Source: Oopsacas minuta (taxonomy: Eukaryota > Animalia > Porifera). From it: a DNA stretch of 64,000 nt. Position 1 is the stretch's first letter; every line of letters begins with the position of its first letter. This document shows, piece after piece, positions 1 to 12,900 of the stretch. Under the pieces are notes generated by a model that saw only the letters and a program-made list of their open reading frames with translations, made no database searches and was not told the DNA's origin. Where the stretch lies: NCBI GenBank assembly GCA_024704765.1, contig JAKMXF010000302.1, positions 248,001-312,000 of the forward strand, read 5' to 3'. The position numbers and the translations under genes are program-made.

Positions 1-182
1 TATAGTTTTAATGGAAACACTGAGAATTTGAAATAAAGACAGTACATACATAAGTAATACTTATTATAAACTGATAAGAGACCAACTCACAACACAAATA
101 AGTTCTAAGCAATGATTATAAACGACACAATAACATTGAATTAGATAAGCATAAAAATCCTGTGTTCTCAGTACCGTCAGCC

Positions 183-864
<682 letters not shown>

Positions 865-1881
865 TTATTTATCGAATTATAAAGCTTTGGAATTGAAATT
901 GAATCAGAAATGTAAAGGATTTTCAGAGTTTATAACATACATTTCAAAAGAGACATCCTTTTATACCTACTCCTTAGTATTAGAGCCTATCTATATTGTA
1001 TTGCTTAGAGCAACAGCCCTAAAAGGTACTCAGGGTAATTGTCCATTTGGAAGCGAATTAATTTGAAATCGCAATAAGCCATCATTATGGAAAGAAGCCA
1101 CGTGGAATGAAATAATCCAATGACTACATATGTAGCTACATTCTAAATAACGCAAATAATTTTTTGATAAATCATTACAATTAGAATCATCAGATTATTC
1201 CTGAGAAATACGTTTGCTGTTTCAGGCATTTTAATAAAGGAATTGTTTTACACTTGAATTGTTAATTATTTGCAAATAATTGTATAACTCAAATGTAACC
1301 CAAGAAATAAACGAGAAAGCAACGTAGATTCTCAAATACCCTCAAGTTTGTATTTACAAAAGAAAATGATAGTGTCACTGAGAACTCCGAACTCTGGGAT
1401 TTTCCCAAAATAAATATCATTTTACGAATCTCAATCAACGAACAATACATTTCAACGAAACTAACAGACAAGTAAATTTCACGACCACTTATTGGTAAAT
1501 GGTCCAATGCAATATACAAACTCGATCAATGAAACCTGTGATTACACCAGTCTTAATTTAGATATAAACTTGTGTAGACCTATTTTTAGAGTTCATTAGC
1601 ACGAAACATTTCTAATTATAATAGAATCTAATAATAATAATAATTAATAAATTGTGAATCCAGAGAACTCTTCAATTATTTCTTGATAATTTGTTGCGTT
1701 AATTAATAACATTATTTGTGTTGAAAATTGCGTAACTATTAATATCCCCGCAACTCAATGAAACAGGCCACTAGCAATAAAAGGATGATAAGCCCCCTGT
1801 TAAAAATTCATTACTAAACACGATTTAATTATTTCAGACATAATATAATGAAAGCTTAAGAGAGATGTCTCTCTTCAACGG

Positions 1882-3507
1882 TTAATAATGAAAGAAAATA
1901 TCAAAGTTTCCTTGATCATCTGATTCAATGCTAATATCAAAATCATCTTCCTCATTCATAAGCTCGATTAATCTTTTTTCTAAATTGACAATTAAGCCTT
2001 TTTTAGTTTTCCTAAAGCAACCAGTAATCGTTTCAACACTCAACCCGTACTTTTCTCCATACACACCCACAATTCTCTTTTTCAACTCGTCAGTCAGTCT
2101 GACATCAAGTACGATAGCATTATAAACCTTTTCACCTGTATCTTTAACGTATACAGTTACAGGCCTGTTATGAGCGATCTTTTTAGCAGGAGCTGCTACT
2201 TCTAGAGTGTCCATGCTATCCTCTGTCTGTGCCAGGGTGTGTGAAGAAGTCCTCTTAGTCTCCCTGTCTTTGAATTGAGATATAAGAGATGCACTTTCAG
2301 TGTACCTGTATATTGGGGTAGGTCGATATATACAGGGCTTGCAGCCGAATGGTGTTGTAGTGATTAGCTGGGTTACTTGACTAGGAGTTGAAAATAGAAT
2401 CTCCTTTATTTCAATGTTACAATAATTATCAGAATTGTTCAACATCTTTTGGAGTTTCTTTTCTATATTTTTAGAATCCAATAAGTTTTTCCTCTCTGCT
2501 CCTTTATCGCGAAATATTTGAATCTTACAATAGTGACGGTGACAAGGTTCTAGCGGAAATGAATTTAGAAATTCATAGGTGTCTATTAGAATAAAAAGTG
2601 GAATTCCTTTCACACCTTTTTGAGAGGAAAATTCTGTACTCAAACAATTGAATCTGAGAGCAGCTTTTGCACCGACTAATGGATTCCAAACGAAAGCAGA
2701 AGCGTTCAATGCGAAATCTTCAATGTCTTCAATATTATGTGATGCTTTCCTATCAATATCAAATGCTCTTTGATTCGGATTAGATTGACAAGAATGCCAA
2801 TATTCCCAAAGATTGTCTTCAGTCACTTGTTCAGTCATCTTAAAAACAAGATATATAACAGAACGCACTCTATCACAACATTGTAGAGATGGATTAGATA
2901 AATTCAATGTATAGCAGTGACCTTTATTGAGATAAGTGATTGTATTATCATTCTTCTGCTTAATCACGGAAGGAGGGGCCTCCATATGTACACTAAACTT
3001 CTCACGGGTCTGGAAGAGAGTAGGATCAGCTGTATTCTCAAATAACGCACTCTGGGGGAATATGCTTCTGTCGTATAGAGCAGCTCTTGTTTGTGTGTCT
3101 GTAGGTCGAGAAGGCGTCATGACTCCAAAATCTGAGAGTATTGATTGAAAACTGTCCTGCATTTGTAGCATTAATGGTTCTTGGTCTAAGTCTAGGTCAT
3201 GTGGGTGACGAGGGGGGTAGATATTGTCCCATGTATCAGGGGGTATCGGACTATGTGGACCATCTATAACAGGCTCTAAAATTGGTTCTTGTAGCAGGTT
3301 AAATGAATTAGCGAATGCTTCAGTTAACAAATCATTTGAAGTAGAAAGAGCTTGTGTAGTACCTGGTACTTTTGTGAGAAGACAAGAGCTGTCTGTCTTT
3401 GGTTCTTTATCTTTATCTCCACCGTTTGCAACTGACTTTCTCTTCTTCCCAGATGTAACATTTGTACTCTCTTCATCTCTTTCTCGTGTCTTATCCTTTA
3501 GAGACAT
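1882..3507 (-). CDS. GRHL: Grainyhead-type CP2-domain transcription factor, intronless
   Basis: TYLNKGHCY, CLSTEFSSQKGVKGIPL (the Grainyhead rather than LSF signature), IFRDKGAERK, and a C-terminal dimerisation region VYVK...KGLIVN. Confidence 0.9.
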   Translation of the reverse strand: MSLKDKTRERDEESTNVTSGKKRKSVANGGDKDKEPKTDSSCLLTKVPGTTQALSTSNDLLTEAFANSFNLLQEPILEPVIDGPHSPIPPDTWDNIYPPRHPHDLDLDQEPLMLQMQDSFQSILSDFGVMTPSRPTDTQTRAALYDRSIFPQSALFENTADPTLFQTREKFSVHMEAPPSVIKQKNDNTITYLNKGHCYTLNLSNPSLQCCDRVRSVIYLVFKMTEQVTEDNLWEYWHSCQSNPNQRAFDIDRKASHNIEDIEDFALNASAFVWNPLVGAKAALRFNCLSTEFSSQKGVKGIPLFILIDTYEFLNSFPLEPCHRHYCKIQIFRDKGAERKNLLDSKNIEKKLQKMLNNSDNYCNIEIKEILFSTPSQVTQLITTTPFGCKPCIYRPTPIYRYTESASLISQFKDRETKRTSSHTLAQTEDSMDTLEVAAPAKKIAHNRPVTVYVKDTGEKVYNAIVLDVRLTDELKKRIVGVYGEKYGLSVETITGCFRKTKKGLIVNLEKRLIELMNEEDDFDISIESDDQGNFDIFFHY

Positions 3508-3991
3508 GATATCTGCTAAAACAACTTCACTAAGGAAAAAGCAAGATCATCACTAGCTGGCCACAATACAATTAAATTACACCAGAACCAAAAGTACTCA
3601 TCATGATAACTAATACCCTTCATGTAAATTATATGTTATTCTCTGACTCAGGCGGATAGCACAGAAGTTACCTTTGAAGCAGGCTAGTTTGTATAAAATT
3701 ACATATAGCTACCCCTTAAGTGGGTGTTTCTAAAGAGTACACAAAACCACTCCTTATTCTAGGAAACAGCACTGCTCTAATTAGTTAATCAGGCTGCTAT
3801 CATTGCCTAATAAAGATTAACAAATTGATAATATACAAATTGTATGAAGTAATGAGATGTATACTCTACTCTACAATAAGGAAATCAAAATAGGAAATTC
3901 GACATAATTATAACTTAACTCACCTATATTATCAGTAAAATAGTGCGATAATAAATTCAATAATAAACTAACCAATAAGTGAAGTGAGCTG

Positions 3992-6900
3992 CTAGCAAGC
4001 AGATGATAAAGAACTCGTTTGTTGGCTCTGAACACTATCAGTGTGTTGATGCTCAAAAAATTCAGGGGAGGGAATACGACCTTGGATGTTTGTAAACATT
4101 GCACTGGCAAGGGTGTACTCGTCATATGAAGTGTTAGGTATATCAGGGAGAGGAGGAGGAGGTATAGGCTTTGGGATTTCTGGTGCTTTTACCTTAGTAG
4201 GAGAGAGTTTTTGAGTTAGAAAAGTGATTGAAGATTTTGATCTAACTTTATGTTTGCTACGAAAATTTGAATTTAGTTTGCTAGAAGATCCTCCTGACTT
4301 AATCTTAGCAGATTGCTGCTGGTCAGGTATAATATCAAATACTGTACTGTAGTGATCTGATAGTTCGTCAGATTTGCTTTTCTTATGTGAGATCAGGTTT
4401 ACTGGGTGTGTTACTTCAAATCCATTCTCCCACAGATCTGAATTCCTTCTCGGAAACATATTCGTGTACGAGTTTGTTGTTAGGTTAAGTGGGTGGGGTT
4501 GCGAGTTTCCCTTACGTTTAGGGGGCAATGGAGGGGTGAAATCCTCTAAATTAATCGGGTTAGAGGATTGTTTCAGCTGTTTATTGAAAGAATTAGTCCA
4601 AGAGATCTGACTACTAGTCTGTGTACAATTTGAATCAATAGACGATTGAGCACTATGTTCCGCAAAAGCAACGGTTTTATGTGGTAACTTAGCTGACTGT
4701 ATCTTCCCGGGTTGAGTAAGAACTCCTCTTGCTACTGGCCCTTGTCTTCGTTCAGCTATCTCAACCTTACGACGTGAAGAGCTACTAGATTTACTGGATT
4801 TACTGCCATTAGATACTCTAGAATCTTTTGATGTGAATCTGGAATGATAAGAAGGAGGATTCTCACTGCATTCAGATGAAGTTTCTGAGAGGTGAGCAGG
4901 GAACTGTTCTATTTTCTTACTGTAAAGAAGGAGAAAATCTCAAAATACACATTTATGAATAATTATGTAATTCACTGATTTAGCAAAAATGTAAATTGAT
5001 TGGTTGCGAATATTTAGTAGATAATATAATGAAAAATATTACAATATAAGAGAATAAGTAATTACAGATGTCAAGTGGGTTTATGGAACTCAGTGAGAAG
5101 GATGGAGATGTGGAATCGATCAGTTCACCTACATCGAGACGGAGGGCCAAATGTATAGCTAAAAACGCCAATGATGAAGGGCAGAAAACCGTAAAAGTTG
5201 TATTAGATCCTTCACAAACTAGGATACCCCATTTCGTATCAGTCGATGTTTTGAGAGTCTCTGAGGGAAGACCTCATCCATTATCAAGAGTTAGAAAGTT
5301 TATGAATCGATTAATATGGTGGAGAAAAGATGACGAACAAATGAGAGAGCTGAAATCTGAGGTTCATTTCGAAGAACATCTAATGAGTATTGAGGATGTA
5401 GAAATTAAATACTCAACTAATCAAGTGCTTGGTCTTACTACAGAGCAAAGTGAAGCTGAACTTCAAAAAAATGGAATGAATTGTCTTAGCCCACCGAAAA
5501 GCACTCCAGAAGTTGTAAAATTCGCGAAACACATGTTCAGTGGTTTTTCATCCCTCCTACTAATCGCTAGCGCAATGTGTTTGCTACTCTTCGTGGTAAC
5601 AACCGCGAAAACAGGTAACTATCACCAGCAAGAAGATAATCTATACCTGGGCGTCGTTCTGTTTCTAGTTGTCATAGTTACGAGTTGTTTCTCTTATTAT
5701 CAGGAGGCAAAAAGCGCATTCATCATGAAAGGATTTCTCAAGCTAATTCCTCAAAACGCTACCGCGATAAGAAATGGGTTAGCTCAAGAAGTTGATCCAA
5801 GAAAATTAGTGGTAGGAGACTTAGTGATAGTTAATTCAGGCGATCGCATTCCTGCAGATTTACGGCTAGTACATGCAGATAGATTCAAGGTAGATAATAG
5901 TACGCTTACTGGAGAGTCTGAGTCGCTAACTAGAACTCCACACAATACTATTACAGAACCACTTGAAGCCACAAATCTCGCGTTTTTCTCCACCTTCGCA
6001 GTAGAAGGACAATGCAAAGGAATCGTAGTACGAACTGGAGATAACACTATGATGGGGCGAATCGCTTCATTAACTGGAAATATAGAACAACGTATCACCC
6101 CTATAGCTCGCGAAATTCACCATTTTATAAAAATAATCTCAGCAGTGGCAGTATTCATTGGCTTACTTTGTTTCATCATTCTAGTTTTCAGTCCGAAAGA
6201 AGAGTCTATTGTCCTCTACATATTATCATTTATCATAGATTTCCCATGGGAGTATCAGCTAGATAGAGTGCTAGAACATATCCTGAAAGCTTTTGTGTTT
6301 CTAGTCGGTATAATCGTAGCGAATGTCCCTGAAGGATTGCTAGCTACCGTCACAGTATGCCTCTCATTGACAGCTACAAAGATGAAGAAAGAAAATTGTT
6401 TAGTCAAACATTTAGAAGCAGTTGAAACACTAGGCAGTACATCTACTATTTGCTCCGACAAGACAGGAACTCTAACACAAAATAAAATGACGTGTATGCA
6501 TCTTTACTATGACAGGAATATCTATCAGTGTACTTCACTACCAATGGCAATGCAGACTGTATGTGTAGATGAAGCGAGGAAGACTGGCACTTGGGAGTGG
6601 TTATTTCGGGTAGCTTGTCTATGCAATAAAGTAAACTTTTTGAAAGATAACATTGAAGAGAATATTCCCATTTTACAATGGAAATATGTTAATGGAGATG
6701 CTTCAGAAGCTGCCATACTGAAAGCATTCGAGCTTGAAGTAGGAGGGAGTCTCGAATGTCGCGAAAAGTACCCAAAAGTCGCAGAAATTCCATTTAACTC
6801 TAAGAACAAATATCAAATATCAATACACAGACAACCAAATGACATTAACTATTTGCTAGTAATGAAGGGAGCCCCTGAAGTTGTGTTCAACAAATGTGAC

Positions 6901-9900
6901 AAGATAATGCTTAACGGAAATCAAGAAATGATGACTGAGAGAGAAGAAGAATTCAGAATCGAGTTTGAGAGAAGCTCCCTAGATTTAGCTAGTAAAGGAG
7001 AGAGAGTATTGGGATTCTGTTACACAATACTGCCTCAAAATCAATTCCCTGCAGATTATATATTCGATACAGAAGAACCTAACTTTCCTTTAGATGGGTA
7101 TTGTTTCGCAGGAATGTTTGGATTAGTGGACCCCCCGAGGGAGGGAGTGAAAGAGGCTGTTGACACCTGTCGAGAAGCTGGTATTAATGTTGTCATGGTA
7201 ACGGGAGATCACCCAGCGACAGCTAGAGCTATTGCCAGGACGGTTAACATAATAACAACAGATGGACCTACAGCTGATGAGATTGCTGTTGAGAAAGATG
7301 TTTCCATATTCGCTAATTCAATCCAACTAGAAGAAATTAGATCTATAGTAATACATGGGAGTATATTAGCAAAGATGCAGGCATTTGAATTAGACTATAT
7401 TCTAAATACATTTGATGAAGTTGTATTCTCTAGAACAAGTCCTCAACAAAAACTAATCATTGTAGAAGCTTATCAGAGACAAGGAAAGATAGTAGCAGTA
7501 ACAGGAGATGGAGTTAACGATTCACCAGCGCTTAAGCAAGCTAATATTGGTATTGCTATGGGAATATCTGGGGCGGATGTGTCAAAACAAGCGGCTGATA
7601 TGATTTTAATGGATGATAACTTTAGTTCAATTGTGACAGGCGTCAAAGAAGGTAGATTAATATTCGATAACTTGAAGAAGTCAATAGCTTACACCCTAAC
7701 TTCAAATATTCCAGAAATAACACCATTCCTATTATTCATTCTACTCAAAATACCTCGACCACTTGACACTATACACATCCTATGCATTGATCTAGGTACT
7801 GATTTATTGCCAGCTATTTCTCTTGCATACGAGCCAGCTGAATCCGAGATAATGCAGAGAAAGCCTAGAAACCCAAAGAAAGACCGTCTCGTTAACAGTC
7901 GCTTGATAGCCATGTGTTATGCTCAAATTGGCATGCTACAAGCAGCAGCAGGATTCCTTACTTATTTTATTATTATGGGAGTAAATGGCTTCCTTCCGCT
8001 ATGCTTATTCGGCATCAGTGAAAGATGGGATAATAATGACGTAAACAATCTAGAGGACTCCTATGGTGTAGAGTGGTCGTACCAAGCTAGAAAACAGCTG
8101 GAGTATACTTGTAATACAGGGTTCTTCGTATCAATAGTGATAACACAATGGGCAGATTTATTAATATGTAAAACTAGGAAGAATAGCATTTTCTTACAGA
8201 GGAGAATAAACTACTGGATGATCGCAGGGTTGATATTTGAAACAGTCCTCGCGCTTTTTCTCACATACACTCCTGTTATAAACCATGTCCTTAAGATGTA
8301 TCCACTACGCCTAGAATGGCTAACGCTCCCATTAAGTTTTACAGTAGTTATATTCTGCTATGACGAAACAAGGAAATGGCTACTGAGAAAATACCCCAAA
8401 GGCTGGGTAGACAGAGAAACTTACTATTAACTCCCTGCTACAAGAACTATATAGGACACTGTATTAATTATACCAATGTTTGTGAAATGATTTGTTAAAG
8501 ATTGTTGTTAAATACTTACCTGACAGGGGTATTGTTTAGATTTCTAAATGTATTAGATTCTTCCTCCAAATCCTGTTCATTATTGCCATTAATATCTAAG
8601 AAAATAATTACAAATAAATAGAATTATTAGCTATTAACATATGAGGGTGTATACTCACTAAGGGACAGTGATTTCTTATACTGTCTCCAATATGAGAAAT
8701 AGAACAAGCCACACAAAATGAGTAACATGAGTAGAGCTAGTATAGAGATGATCAGCACTGCAATAATAATTAACACAATTGGAGACACAGGTTCTGTTGG
8801 AGCCGTGACTAAATACAAATATAATGAGATGACAATATGATACAATACATAATAAAGGAAACTGCACAAATCATCTCAGGTAGGAGAGCGCACATGCTTT
8901 GATGGGCCTTACAAGCTACTAATAATCCTTACGAATAGTAGGTAAGCAATTGTGTCCATCTATATTAAGCCTTAGCAATTCTCTTTCATGAACACGAAAT
9001 TGTATGATAAATAGAGGCCGCAAAAAAAGGCGATTAATATTATTGGCAAGCCATATGATGGAGGCTACATCACAAAAGTATTCAGAATTAAGAATGCTAA
9101 GATCAGATCATATGGTTCCAGGTATACAGAGACAACAACAACATCATATCATCTTATTAGTAGAGAACTAACGCTATCATATAGGAATACAAGGAAATCA
9201 CCTGGTGGATTAAGGAATTAATCGCCAGCGAATAACTATCACCAGAATTGAGAAATTTTCACAAATAATGTTCGATAATCACATGCTAAGATATTCCAAT
9301 CAAAGTTAATACAAATCAGGTGTAAATTTGAATTATAACGCATATGTGAAAATGAATAAAGAGTGTGTGGATTTCCACGTGCATTGTATGTAGGAAATTG
9401 ATATCAATCGCTTGTGTACTGGTAGATGCAGGTGGGTCTTAGTAGCATATGGTCAGCTGAAAGCCGCCTGATTGAATTGCATACAAATATTCTGGATATA
9501 GCAACTAATCAAATAGTCAATTATAGAACTTACATAACACAGATGTGCTTTCTGCTCTACCGAAGGAATTTGAAATTACTATTCGAAATTGAGTACCTTT
9601 CTCGACATTTTCAAGTCTATAAGAACTAGTTGAGTTATCCTCAAAAGTAACAATTGTATTCCAGGTGGAATCTACTACTAAATACGGACAGAAATATAAG
9701 TAATAATAATACAAGAATATAACACATGGCCAAACATTACCTATTTTGCTAGATTCCAAAGTAATAATGGTAATATTGCTTCCACCGTCATGCATGATGC
9801 TCCATGTGAATATTACAGCATCTGGTTCTTCAGACGCAAGCAATAGAGGTACACCTGGAATGCCTAAATAATAAATTATAAGAATATGCTCTGTTTCTAA

Positions 9901-12900
9901 TAAACTTGATTACTGACCTGGTGGTAGATTGAAAATACTCGTACGATTAAAGCCAATACCGTGATTATTCCTGCCTGCTAACTTAACAAAATACTGTACT
10001 CCAGCATCTAGCTCAGTAATAACGTGAGGGGATTGATGAGTTATAAGAAATATACTCTCTCTGTGTTTATGAGGAGTTAATGAGTATTGGTATTGTAATG
10101 TTAAAACAAACTGAGTTGTATCATTAGAGGGTAACCATGCAAATGTAGCAGCATGAGAACCATTTGTAGTTATAGTTAGCGAGTCAGGTAGGTTAGGAAC
10201 TTTACGTTCAGAAGTGATTACAGTTTGTGTTAGGGAAGCGAGACCCTCTCCTCTAGAATTGAATGCTAAAACGCTACATGTATAGGTTGTACTATTAGAT
10301 ATATTATCTGATATAACTGTCAGTTGAGATGCACGTCCCGGCTCCAGAGTTCTGTTAATCAAACTTTCAGGATCGCAAAGTAGCTTGAATCCAGTAATAC
10401 TAGCATTAGTTGAAGGAGCTATGAAATAAACTGCTATTCTACCAATACCATATGATTCAACTTCAAAATTAGATGGAGCTTCTAGTTGATGTAAAGTTTC
10501 AACTGATACATTCTCCGAATATATTCCTATTCCTATTTCATTCACAAAAGCTACACTGATAGTATAATAAGTAGCAGGAGATAGTCCAGTCAGGATAAAA
10601 CTGACATCGCTAGAGCCTGTGGTAATATTTTGTGAAGATGTCATTGAGGGAGTTCGATACTTTATTGAGTGATCTATTATGCTTATATTGCAATATGTGC
10701 TTGAATCAGGGATCTAAAACGGATATCATAAATTGAAAGTTAATATCAAGAATTGAATAAACCTACCTCCCAATTAATTGATAACTGATAGAGATCAGAT
10801 TCGACTGTTAAGTTGATAGGAGAGAAGCTTGGTGGGTCTAGGGATTATAGAAAATATTTATATAACATTGTATACAATTACATAGATACACATACCTACA
10901 ACACTAATGTTAACACCAGTTAAAACAGAGCTAGCTTCACTGTGACCTACAGTATTAACTGCAAATACACGAAATGTGTACATATAGCCTGGACACACTG
11001 ATAAGGTAATGTTAGTGACATTACTCCGTCCAGCAAATTGCCAAATTGACGAGTTGTTAACACTAACAAGATGCTCTATTGTGTAAGTCTGTATTTCAAC
11101 ACCTCCGTTGTTGTCAGGGGCAGACCAGCTGATAAGTACACTAGTATTGTTAGTCATGTTAACATCTAAGTTCAAAGGTGGATCCGGATGAGCTATATAT
11201 ACGGAAGCAATAATAAGCTGATATTTTTGTATTTCCACAAGAATTTCTTACTTAGGATTATAACTTCCGTGTAGCCAATTAGAGTCTCCAGATGTGGAGA
11301 CGGGATCAGATTAGAGTCATTAGTTTTTGCAATACAAGTGTAGTTACCAGCATCAGCTAGCACCACCGAGCTGATTTGGATATCTCCATAATCACCAACA
11401 AGCCGGATACGTCCATTAATAGAAATATTAACATCTTCTCCATCATGCTCCCATCTATAACTGAGATCTAAGCTAGGGTAGTTTGAATCAGGACGAGCTC
11501 TACAAGCTAATAGCACTGTCTCATTGATAAAAGTAGTTAACGAGCTGTTCATGGGCTCATACGGGACAGTAGCATCTGAAAATACAATAACATATCAGCT
11601 ATAGAAATAAAATGAAAATAATGTATACACACTTACTTATAACTTGTACACTAAATGTGTGTGATATATCTCTAACATTGTTAGATACACTACATGTGTA
11701 AAGACCAGAATGAGAACTTGTAGCATTTGACACTGAGTAATGTGTGTCGTTATTTTGTACAAATTCTAAATAATAAAGTATAAAAGCATATATCATGCAA
11801 ACTATTACCAACTATAATTACTTGGGTCCAGTAAGGAGAGTAAGGAATCGTTATTGAGTGAGAACGTGTATGTGAGGGTAGGAGCACCATATGCTATACA
11901 ACCAAATACAAAATCATCTCCTATAAATGCTAATATATCTTCCTGTGAGGATATAAATTGTAAAGTGAGATCTAAACAAGGAATGTAATAAATGCATCAA
12001 ATATTATTTTATGAATATAAATAAACTTACCTATTACACTAACAGTAAATATCTTCGTATCTCTACCAGCAGAATTATTAACAAAGCACTGATATAACCC
12101 TGAGGAGTTAGTTGTAGAGAGATTAGCTATATCAATGTATTCCCCTGATGATACAGCTATGCTCTCAGCATTGTAGAACCAGGAATAAGACAGAGGAGGC
12201 GTACCTTCACTCTGACAAGAGAGAGATAGGTTCGAGCCCTGAGAGAGCTCCAGGTACTGAGATTGGTTACTCAGTATATTTGGGGGACCTAATAATGTGA
12301 ATTATTAATATATATACCAGGGATAAGATAGTTCATTAGACCAATAACTTACTTATCACAGTAAGTGTGAATAATCGTGAGCCCAGCTGATTATCAGCAC
12401 TAGTACAAGTGTATAAACCAATATCCTGTAACATAACACTCTTGATGGTTAATATAACACTACTCTGAGTGAATAATATCCGATCTGATTCTATCAGCCG
12501 TGTATTACCGAAATTCCAGATGGCTGGGGCATTCAAAGAACTGAAAATAAACAAATTAATATTTACTAGAAATGATTCCGAAGGTTTAAGTGAGACTAAT
12601 ACCTTTCTATGATAATACATTGGAAAGACACATCATCTCCTAAGGTAACAGTCTTGTTTTCTGGAGTAATGTAGAACTCGCTATCCCTGTCATCAACTAA
12701 ACAATATACAATGGAACTTCGTTAATATGAACACGGTTAATACGAATTTCCAAGGAAAACAATTATTTGACAACTGCGTTCGTATTAACGAAGTTCCACT
12801 GTATGATTGCCAATACGAAACTACAGATGTGTGCATGTGGTTAGACAGACAGACAGACAGCAGTAACTATGATTACACAATGAGATACAAAATGTAGTAT

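Noticed and set aside
8810-9530. Slightly GC-richer intron segments as a snoRNA or SL RNA gene
   Set aside because: I could not identify C/D or H/ACA boxes with a terminal stem, or a convincing leader-GT-Sm arrangement. An Infernal/Rfam search would be needed.
9678-9740. Hydrophobic 'VWPCVIFLYYYYLYFCPY' stretch as an extra TM segment
   Set aside because: It is a 63-nt in-frame GT-AG intron inside FN3 repeat 5.
10640-10720. Apparent frameshift in FN3 repeat 2
   Set aside because: Re-reading the bases gives a continuous frame (IPDSSTYCNISIIDHSIKYRTPSMTSS). The ORF track starts late only because the acceptor TAG is in frame.
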